Below the pieces are notes generated by a model. That model was not told the DNA's origin. It was given only the letters and a program-made list of their open reading frames with translations, and searched no databases. Position numbers and translations under genes: made by a program. This document shows positions 1 to 7,441 of a DNA stretch of 32,000 bases, one piece after another (the stretch's first letter is position 1; each line of letters begins with the position of its first letter). Source of the DNA: Planctopirus limnophila DSM 3776. Lineage in GTDB: Bacteria; Planctomycetota; Planctomycetia; Planctomycetales; Planctomycetaceae. The stretch is from NCBI RefSeq assembly GCF_000092105.1, contig NC_014148.1, positions 3,570,001 through 3,602,000 on the forward strand. Reading direction: 5' to 3'.

Positions 1-1
1 T

Positions 2-391
2 GCCGAGCTCGAAAATCGCCGGGCGAAAGAGCAACTGGCAATTATCTATCTGAAATCGGATCGACTTCCTCAGGCTGAAGAAATCTGCCAGCAATTCCTG
101 CGTGATGGGGAACAAGACCCGACCTTGCGGGCCCATGGTTTAGCGGGATTAGCTGTGATCGAAAGTTTGCGTGGCAATGCCGCTGCCTCACAAAACTACA
201 TCCAGCAATATCAGGCCTTGCGCAAGGAGATTTCTCCTGAACTGGGCCGATTGCTGCAGGAAGCCATCAATCGGCAAGGCCGTGCCAATCGCGGCTCGAC
301 CAGCCTGAACATCGACAACTGGTATTTTTCTCCCGGCTTGAGTGAACCCCTCGAACGCGAGCCCGGGCGAGATTTTCGCAGGCAATCGTAA
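2..391 (+). CDS. C-terminal fragment of a TPR-like helical-repeat protein (5' end lies outside the window)
   Basis: Frame 2 is open from the window edge (AELENRRAKEQLAIIYLKSDRLPQAEEICQQFLRDGEQDP...) to TAA at 389-391. The residue pattern is TPR-like and helical. The stop lies 3 nt before the next ATG. Confidence 0.5.
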   Translation, partial: AELENRRAKEQLAIIYLKSDRLPQAEEICQQFLRDGEQDPTLRAHGLAGLAVIESLRGNAAASQNYIQQYQALRKEISPELGRLLQEAINRQGRANRGSTSLNIDNWYFSPGLSEPLEREPGRDFRRQS

Positions 392-394
392 CTC

Positions 395-1366
395 ATGCCC
401 AGACTCTTTTTTGGCAACTTCAGCTTCGAGCACGAACTGGCTGATTCTCATTTCCAGCCCTCGAAAACTCTGATTGAGCAATCGGCTCAGTGGGGCACAA
501 TCTGGATGAAGCGGGCCTCTGCCGACGATCTCTTCTGGCTCTCTTCAACCACGCTGATTCCACTCGCAGGGCCGACAAAGGTCAAATTCATCTCGACGAT
601 CGATGAGTTGCTTACTTACCTGCATAAAGCCAACGCGCACTACAAGTTTGTGCCATGGGGCTGGTCTCCTCGCGCGCTCGCACACTACAAGATGCTCCCC
701 ACTTGCTACGTTGATGCCGCACCACCACCGCTCGATGTCGTCCGATACGGCAACTCACGCCGTTTTGCCTTTGATATGGAGCAGCAATATGGCAGCGTAC
801 TTATGAGCGGTCAGGTGCATGTTCACACACTTACCACCTGCATCTCAACTTCAGCAGAACTCGAAGAATGGAACAACCGCGTAAGTGAATCAGCTCATTC
901 ATGGGTGATTAAAGCCGAGTTTGGCATGTCGGGCCGCGAACGTATTCTCGGGCAGCAGAATCTGCGACCTGAGCAGACCGCCTGGTGCCTGAAGCGGCTC
1001 GCCATGGGCCAGCACCTCTTTGCAGAACCCTGGCTCAAACGCATCGAAGAAGTCGGTATCCAATGGCACATTGAAGGCAAAGATCAGATCAGGCTGGTTG
1101 GAATCACACGGCTCGAATGCTCACCCACCGGCCAATATCAATCCAGCAGCCCGCTCGTCGATCCCAACTCGATCGCCCTGTGGCAGCCAGCCATCGATCA
1201 TCAGTTTCCAGTCGTTCAGAAGCTGGCGAACCTGGGCTACACAGGCCCTCTGGGAATCGATGCCATGAAGTATCTTCCGATAGACTCTCCAAACGCCGAC
1301 ACCGCACTCCGTCCATTTCAAGACATCAACGCCCGCTGGACGATGGGCCGCCTGGCTTTAGGATGA
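395..1366 (+). CDS. Conserved hypothetical protein, probable ATP-grasp-fold enzyme
   Basis: 323-aa ORF with an ATG start 3 nt after the upstream stop, suggesting translational coupling. The motifs WVIKAEFGMSGRERILG, GPLGIDAMKY and QDINARWTMGRL resemble the ATP-grasp core and its C-terminal E/D-I-N-x-R-x-T-x-G signature. Confidence 0.5.
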   Translation: MPRLFFGNFSFEHELADSHFQPSKTLIEQSAQWGTIWMKRASADDLFWLSSTTLIPLAGPTKVKFISTIDELLTYLHKANAHYKFVPWGWSPRALAHYKMLPTCYVDAAPPPLDVVRYGNSRRFAFDMEQQYGSVLMSGQVHVHTLTTCISTSAELEEWNNRVSESAHSWVIKAEFGMSGRERILGQQNLRPEQTAWCLKRLAMGQHLFAEPWLKRIEEVGIQWHIEGKDQIRLVGITRLECSPTGQYQSSSPLVDPNSIALWQPAIDHQFPVVQKLANLGYTGPLGIDAMKYLPIDSPNADTALRPFQDINARWTMGRLALG

Positions 1367-1579
1367 GAACCGGGGTGCATCGATGATCAAGTTTCTCGAT
1401 GGTTCGAATTTCTTCCACCCGTTGAGAGAATAAGCCGCTCTGGACAGATTTTTGTAGAAAAATTAGAACCCACCTGCCTGATCAATGGAGGGTTCTTGCC
1501 GATCATTGGGTCGAAGTGAGAATCCACTGTTGGTCAATAGCGTTTCATTTTCCTGGTTCGCTCTGGAAGGGAGTCCACC

Positions 1580-2617
1580 GTGCGAACACTGCTGAACTCG
1601 GTGTTGCTGTTGTCTGTGATTGCGTCCATGGCTCTGGAAACCTGGGCAATTGATGCTGTGCGGGGGAAGTCGTACCCGCTGGGTAAAGAACATGGCCCCT
1701 GGATGATTATGGTGGCCAGTTTCAAGAAACCGCCTGAAGATCGCCGGACAGATGAAGGATTGACAGCCCGCCAGGCGGCTGACGAACTGGTTTATGAACT
1801 GCGCAAGGTGGGAATTCCTGCTTATATTCATCTGCAGGAAGGGCGTGTGGAAAAATTACAGACTATTGATCGACTGGGCCGAGAAGATGGCCGGGTCTAT
1901 GCCGCTCAGCGGGGAATGATTTCGGTATTGGCGGGCAACTACGAATCGATTGAGTCGCCCGTGGCTCAAAAGACATTGTTGTATGTGAAAAAGTTTCGTC
2001 CCAAGTTTCTGGATGATCCCAAGAGTGGTGCCATTTACCGCGAAACTCCGGGGCAGAAGGGACCACTGGCAGGGGCATTTCTCACGATCAATCCTTTGAT
2101 TGATCCTGCGAGCATTCAGCAGAAGCGCGATATGCTGCTGACTCGCCTGAACACCGGTTTGCAGTATGGTCTGGTCGATGCCAAGGGGAAGTATTCTCTC
2201 AAAATCGCCGGTTTTGGTGGTCGGCAGATGAGTGCGATTGGTGATGAAGCTCTGGCCAAGGGTGCCAGCAAATTTGACCGCAGCCTGGCTGGTAATGACG
2301 GGATGAATCTGAATCTCGCTGGTGAAGATGCCGAGCAATTGACGCGGGCTTTGCGACAAAAAGGAATTGATGCCTACTGCTACCATGGTCGCTTTGAATC
2401 GATTGTGACCGTGGGGGCCTTCCAATCCAAAGAGGATCCGCGCATCCAGGAGTTTGCCAAAGTCTTTGGAGCCCGCATGAAGCTCAATCCCGCGACCGGG
2501 ATCGAAAACTACACCTCGGAAACGTTGATCCTGCCGGGCCCCAAGCCGACGGATCCTCCCGTCAAGGTCTTCATTTTTGAAGCCAATCCGACAGTCATGG
2601 AAATTCCACACGTCTGA
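1580..2617 (+). CDS. Secreted protein with two SPOR-like (beta-alpha-beta-beta-alpha-beta) modules
   Basis: GTG start preceded by GAAGGGAG about 8 nt upstream. Signal peptide MRTLLNSVLLLSVIASMALETWA. Two similar modules: WMIMVASF...AADELVYELRKVGIPAYIH...ISVLAGNYES and YSLKIAGFGG...AEQLTRALRQKGIDAYCYH...IVTVGAFQSKED. Confidence 0.55.
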   Translation: MRTLLNSVLLLSVIASMALETWAIDAVRGKSYPLGKEHGPWMIMVASFKKPPEDRRTDEGLTARQAADELVYELRKVGIPAYIHLQEGRVEKLQTIDRLGREDGRVYAAQRGMISVLAGNYESIESPVAQKTLLYVKKFRPKFLDDPKSGAIYRETPGQKGPLAGAFLTINPLIDPASIQQKRDMLLTRLNTGLQYGLVDAKGKYSLKIAGFGGRQMSAIGDEALAKGASKFDRSLAGNDGMNLNLAGEDAEQLTRALRQKGIDAYCYHGRFESIVTVGAFQSKEDPRIQEFAKVFGARMKLNPATGIENYTSETLILPGPKPTDPPVKVFIFEANPTVMEIPHV

Positions 2618-2680
2618 GATCGTCGTCAGACAGATCCTGCCTGACAGGCATCACGTCGAGTTGGCACGGTCACGAAAAAC

Positions 2681-2721
2681 AAGATCCTCCACTCAGATTG
2701 AGTTGGAGGATCTTTCATTTT
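2681..2721. terminator. Bidirectional intrinsic terminator between convergent genes
   Basis: Stem aagatcctcca (2681-2691) pairs with tggaggatctt (2704-2714). It is followed by tcatttt on + and preceded by gaaaaac, which gives a T-run on the - strand. Confidence 0.7.
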
Positions 2722-2786
2722 AGAACACGTTGGAATTGCCAGAACCACCTGATGTTCATTGGGAAAACGTCGCGAGCAGACTTGCA

Positions 2787-4211
2787 TCAGACGGCTAAAG
2801 GAAGTCTGACTTCGACACTTGTCCCGACGCCCAGTTCGCTCTTGATGGCAATTTCACCCCGGTGCTGTTTGACAATGGAATCGCAGATACTCAGGCCCAG
2901 ACCCATACCTCGGGATTCAAGCCTCTGGCGCGATCGATCGACCTGAAAAAATCGATCAAACACATTTCCAAGATCCTCGGTTGAGATCCCGACACCTTGA
3001 TCCTTGACTTCGAGTTGCAGCATGTGCTTTTCGGCGATCGTCGTAATGATGAGTTGGATTTCACTTTCAGGCCGGGAAAACTTAATGGCGTTATCGAGCA
3101 GATTGGTCACAACCTGACGCAATTCACTTTCCACACCAATGACTCGGCAGGAGTTGGGGTGATGGGACTGAACCTGCTCGCTGCCAAGAATCAATGAAAG
3201 CCTGATCTGACGTTCTTCAGCGACGGCTGTAAACATCTCGATGGCTCTGGAAACGATGAGTTTCAAATCCACGGGCTGGCGTTCGATATCTGTGCCCCGA
3301 ACATCGGATTCGGCGAGTTGCATCAATTGACGCACCAGCGTCGCCAGATGCTGGCATTCTTCGAGCAAGGTTTCGAGAGTTTCCTGGTACTCGGCCGACT
3401 CGCGGGGTTTGGACAGTGCGACATCGATCTGGCTGATCATGGCTGTTAACGGAGAACGCAGTTCATGGGCGGCATTCGCGAGGAACGAATTGTTGCGATT
3501 GATCTGCGAAGCGATTTCATCGAGGAAGGCATTAATCTTGATGGCCAGTATGTCGAGTTCGTCCCCTGTCCCTGTGATTTTTAGGCGATCCTGCAACTGA
3601 CGTGGTCTCAGAATATCTGCCGAAGCCAGAATTCGCTGGAAAGGTGTGACAGCGCGAGTGGCCAGAATAAACCCGCCCAGTGGAGCGAGAATACAAAGGG
3701 AAAAAGCAATCGGCAGGAGGACTCGAGTCATGCGGGCGACATCTGTGGTAATGAACCCTGTATTGAGCCCGACACGAACAAACGTGACCACATCGGTCTT
3801 GACCTGCTTCTCCACAGCGCGAATATCACCACTGGCCCAGATTGTGGCGTCTCCCATTTTTCCAACCACGCTGTCAATGGGTGCTGATGGTGCATTGGCA
3901 CTGGCAAAGATGGTTTGTCGATTGGCATCAAGCCAGCGGATATGCCAGCCCACTTCTTTACTGCTCTCAGCTTTACGTTCCATTTCGCCGCGGATGGCGT
4001 CCTGATCGGGCCAGTATTCACGTACCGCCAACTCGAGTGCGCTGGCTTCGTCGAGAAGAATACGGTTCGTTTCGTCCACCAGTGAGAATCGAAGTCCTTC
4101 GCGGACACTGATCAATGCCGCCAGGACAGCGAGAATCACGACGAGAGTATTCCAGACAGTCAGTCGGAATCGGAGCGAAGCCAGCCGGCGGCTAAGATGC
4201 TGGAAGGGCAT
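2787..4211 (-). CDS. Sensor histidine kinase, CusS-like (2 TM, periplasmic sensor, HAMP, HisKA, HATPase_c)
   Basis: H-box NAAHELRSPLT, N-box LLDNAIKFS, G-boxes DQGVGI and GMGLGLSI. TM segments LTVWNTLVVILAVLAALISV and VLLPIAFSLCILAPLGGFILA. I place the start at the ATG at 4211 (MPFQHLSRR...), which overlaps the upstream regulator stop by 20 nt. The 4295 start on the ORF track would overlap by 104 nt. Confidence 0.9.
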   Translation of the reverse strand: MPFQHLSRRLASLRFRLTVWNTLVVILAVLAALISVREGLRFSLVDETNRILLDEASALELAVREYWPDQDAIRGEMERKAESSKEVGWHIRWLDANRQTIFASANAPSAPIDSVVGKMGDATIWASGDIRAVEKQVKTDVVTFVRVGLNTGFITTDVARMTRVLLPIAFSLCILAPLGGFILATRAVTPFQRILASADILRPRQLQDRLKITGTGDELDILAIKINAFLDEIASQINRNNSFLANAAHELRSPLTAMISQIDVALSKPRESAEYQETLETLLEECQHLATLVRQLMQLAESDVRGTDIERQPVDLKLIVSRAIEMFTAVAEERQIRLSLILGSEQVQSHHPNSCRVIGVESELRQVVTNLLDNAIKFSRPESEIQLIITTIAEKHMLQLEVKDQGVGISTEDLGNVFDRFFQVDRSRQRLESRGMGLGLSICDSIVKQHRGEIAIKSELGVGTSVEVRLPLAV

Positions 4212-4869
4212 AACCTCGTCCCCGCACAGTTTTGATAATTGATTGATCGCGGTCTTTATCGAGTTTGCCGCGGAGCCGGTTGACATGCACTTCAATGACG
4301 TTTGTGGTGCCGTCCCAGTTGAAACCCCAGACGTGTTCGCACAGCATTTTTCTGGTCACAACCTGGCCGGCATAGCGCATGAGAAGTTCAAGCAGGCTGA
4401 ACTCGATGGGAGTGAGATCGATCTCTTTTTCCGTATCGTTCGAAGTGACCCGACGTGTCGTGAGATCCAGAGTCAGCCCTGCCGCTTGGAGAATCATGGA
4501 AGGCTTGTTGCCAGTCCGTCTCTGGACAGCTTCGAGGCGAGCCATGAGTTCAGCGAAGTCGAACGGTTTGACGAGATAGTCGTCGGCCCCGAGTTTGAGT
4601 CCTTTGACTCGATCATCGATAGAACCGAGTGCTGTCAACAGGATGATCGGGGCCTGAACTCCAGCCGCTCGCAGTTTTTGCAGGACATCCCAACCACTCT
4701 CTCCGGGAAGCAGCAGATCGAGAACAATCGCATCGGCCTGGCGGGAGAGTGCTGTTTCGTAACCGGAGATCCCGTTCTGCTGCCAGACGCAATGATGCCC
4801 GGCTTCGGAGAATCCTTGCTGTAGTGAGCGGCCGATCGCGGGGTCGTCTTCAATCACGAGAACATTCAT
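4192..4869 (-). CDS. OmpR/CusR-family response regulator (REC plus winged-helix)
   Basis: MNVLVIEDDPAIG...DAIVLDLLLPGESG...LLTALGSIDDRVKGLKLGADDYLVKPFDFAELMARL, then C-terminal LTPIEFSLLELLMRYAGQVVTRKML...NVIEVHVNRLRGKLD...IKTVRGRGYAL. AGGAGA lies 8 nt upstream of the ATG. Confidence 0.93.
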   Translation of the reverse strand: MNVLVIEDDPAIGRSLQQGFSEAGHHCVWQQNGISGYETALSRQADAIVLDLLLPGESGWDVLQKLRAAGVQAPIILLTALGSIDDRVKGLKLGADDYLVKPFDFAELMARLEAVQRRTGNKPSMILQAAGLTLDLTTRRVTSNDTEKEIDLTPIEFSLLELLMRYAGQVVTRKMLCEHVWGFNWDGTTNVIEVHVNRLRGKLDKDRDQSIIKTVRGRGYALPAS

Positions 4870-5404
4870 TGCGGATTCTCCTGGAGGTCAACGACGGCAA
4901 AGTGATTCGCAAAGTGACAATTGGTTCGAGCAGTGAGAATTTTCACGGTGCAAGCTGCGATTGAGGGCGAACAAATTACCATTTGTTGGAAATCAGGGGT
5001 TCAGAAAAGCTGATCTGGAAATGTTTGCCATTGGTAACTGTTTCAAAGTTTACAGCATGAGGGGGCTGCCGGTCGTTCGTGAACTGCTGAAAATCCCGCA
5101 AGCTGAGGGGTTTGCCGTTTGAGATAGGGGTTTGAACGCTGGTTGAGCTTTTCACGCTGACTTTGGAACAATCGAACAGGTGCCGTCCGAGCGGTCGACC
5201 TACTCAGGCAGGTCGGATTGAGGTATGATTCCATGATCATCCGCATGAGAATTCAGCAGGTATTCCCTAAGTGTTGTGCCTGACTGGCAGGTGTTGCCTG
5301 CAGGTTTGAACGCGGGGCGTGTTCGCCAGGTGTAAGACTGCGTGGACAGGCCCAGCCCACCGAGAGAGTCCAATCCGAGTTTGTGAGTCAGCAGGAAACC
5401 CGTG

Positions 5405-7120
5405 ATGTCTGAGCAGGTCGAACGCAGCAAGAATGAGATCATCAAGGAAAATAGCCGGCAATTGCGTGGTTCCATCCTGACGGATCTGCAGAGTGAATCA
5501 CCGGAATTCAGCGAAGACAGCCAGCAACTGCTGAAGTTTCATGGCATGTATCAGCAGGATGACCGCGATGTGCGGAAGGCCAAAAATCCGGATGGAACAC
5601 CGAAGGGCAAGACGCATATCGTCATGATTCGCGCTCGGATTCCGGGCGGAAATATGACTGCCGAGCAGTTTCTGGGCATTCTCGACTTGAGCGAGCAGTA
5701 TGGTAATGGGGCCATGCGGCTGACGACCCGGCAAGGGATTCAGCTGCATTACATCCCTAAGGGAAACACAAAAGAAGTCGTTAAAGGGATTAACGACACG
5801 ATGCTCACCACGCTCGCCGCGTGCGGCGACGTCAATCGCAACGTGATGGCCTGCCCGGCTCCGATTAAAGATCAGCCTCATGCAGCCATTCAGAAACTGG
5901 CCTATGAGATGGCCGAGCATTTTCGTCCGAAGACCACAGCCTACCATGAACTGTGGCTGACTGATGGCGAAGGGAACAACCACAACGCGACCGAGGCGTT
6001 TGTGCCTGTCGAAGAACCGATCTACGGTACGCACTATCTGCCACGCAAATTCAAGATGGCCATCGCTTTGCCCGACGACAACTGCATTGACGTTTATGCC
6101 AACGACCTGGGTTTGATTGCCGATGTGCAAGAGGGCCAGATCGTGGGTTACAACATGCTCGTTGGTGGTGGCATGGGGCGGACTCCTTCTGCAGAAAAGA
6201 CCTTCCCTGCAGTGGGCAAGAAGCTCTGCTACGTCACTCCCGAACAGGTCATTCCTGTGGCTGAAGCCGTGGTGAAAGTTCAGCGTGATTTTGGAAATCG
6301 TTCTGATCGAAAAGTGGCCCGCCTCAAGTACCTCATTCATAACTGGGGCCTGGATGCCTTCCGGGCCAAAGTGGAAGAGTACTATGGCCAGGCTTTGACT
6401 CCACCCAGTTCCGTAGATGTCAAAGGTGTCGAAGACCATGTGGGCTGGTTCGAACAGGGCGATGGTAAGCTGTTTGTCGGGATCAACATCGAGTGCGGGC
6501 GTGTGCGCGATACCAGTGAAGTTCAAGTGAAGACCGGCCTGCGGGCCATTATCGAGAAGTACCGCATGCCAGTGCGGGCGACGGCTCTGCAGGGATTGAT
6601 CCTGTGTGATATTGATCCTGCCGATCGTGCCGATATCACAGCCATGCTCAAGCAGTATGGTCTGAAGTCTGCTGAAGAATTGACAATTCTGCGTCGCTTC
6701 GCCATTGCCTGCCCTGCACTGCCGACTTGCGGTTTATCGCTGACCGAATCAGAACGAGTGCTCCCGAGTGTGATTGATCAGTTCGATGTCGAAATGGCCA
6801 GGTTGGGGCTGCAGTCGGAGAAGATCTCGGTTCATATGACGGGATGCAACAATGGCTGCGCCAGGCCTTATACGCCCGATATTGGCTTTGTGGGTCGATC
6901 TTTAGGGAAGTACACCGTGTTTGTTGGCGGGAATCCGGAAGGATCGAGACTGGCCTTCATGTACGAAGATTATGTGCCACTCGAAAAACTGGTGCCGACA
7001 CTTGTGCCACTTCTGACGGGTTACAAGGCCGATCGCCTGTCCGGAGAAGGTTTTGGCGATTACTGCGTACGTCTCGGAATTGAAGGCTTGAAGGAGTTGG
7101 CCACTCAAGTGGATGTCTAA
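5405..7120 (+). CDS. cysI: Assimilatory sulfite reductase hemoprotein (siroheme/4Fe-4S), CysI/Sir type
   Basis: N-terminus SKNEIIKENSRQLRGSI...LLKFHGMYQQDDRD. Cluster and siroheme cysteines CPALPTC (C-x5-C) and GCNNGC (C-x3-C). About 570 aa, as in CysI. A GTG at 5402 is an alternative start. Confidence 0.92.
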   Translation: MSEQVERSKNEIIKENSRQLRGSILTDLQSESPEFSEDSQQLLKFHGMYQQDDRDVRKAKNPDGTPKGKTHIVMIRARIPGGNMTAEQFLGILDLSEQYGNGAMRLTTRQGIQLHYIPKGNTKEVVKGINDTMLTTLAACGDVNRNVMACPAPIKDQPHAAIQKLAYEMAEHFRPKTTAYHELWLTDGEGNNHNATEAFVPVEEPIYGTHYLPRKFKMAIALPDDNCIDVYANDLGLIADVQEGQIVGYNMLVGGGMGRTPSAEKTFPAVGKKLCYVTPEQVIPVAEAVVKVQRDFGNRSDRKVARLKYLIHNWGLDAFRAKVEEYYGQALTPPSSVDVKGVEDHVGWFEQGDGKLFVGINIECGRVRDTSEVQVKTGLRAIIEKYRMPVRATALQGLILCDIDPADRADITAMLKQYGLKSAEELTILRRFAIACPALPTCGLSLTESERVLPSVIDQFDVEMARLGLQSEKISVHMTGCNNGCARPYTPDIGFVGRSLGKYTVFVGGNPEGSRLAFMYEDYVPLEKLVPTLVPLLTGYKADRLSGEGFGDYCVRLGIEGLKELATQVDV

Positions 7121-7139
7121 GTCGACCAGAAACATCAAC

Positions 7140-7185
7140 AGATCAGGCCCATGTTCTTCGGGATATGGGCCTGATCTTGTTTGTA
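7140..7185 (+). terminator. Intrinsic terminator after cysI
   Basis: Perfect 13-bp stem agatcaggcccat (7140-7152) / atgggcctgatct (7165-7177), followed by the T-rich tract tgtttgta. Confidence 0.75.
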
Positions 7186-7441
7186 TGGACTGGATCAGCG
7201 TTACGGCAAAACCAGCCACTCGAAACGTTAAGGTCAAGCCAGCCTTACCTGCTTAACAATTTTCTGGTTCGTTTGATGCCACTGGCCCCGTGAGGAAATG
7301 TTTTTCAAATCTGTATCGCAGGGGGTGACTGTTGCTGGCAGATAGCAGTTGATAGAACTGTGAAATGTGAGTTGTTGCCAGATCTTATCAGGAGAAAGTG
7401 TTGAATCTCCTGTCGTAATTGCTCGCGAATGGCGGGTTCCC

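Noticed and set aside
4870-5404. Possible SAM/S-box or other sulfur-responsive riboswitch upstream of cysI.
   Set aside because: I could not find the conserved cores of SAM-I or SAM-II or any other riboswitch I know by eye. It is kept only as a long-leader note pending a covariance-model scan.
5498-6526. 342-aa ORF antisense to cysI. Similar long antisense ORFs occur at 1856-2611, 12263-12964, 13194-13877, 19908-20696, 21682-22479, 28391-29209 and 29629-30495.
   Set aside because: Each lies fully inside a gene with strong family motifs on the other strand. Their translations are Arg/Pro/Ser/His-rich with no recognisable domains. This is typical of shadow ORFs in GC-biased coding DNA.
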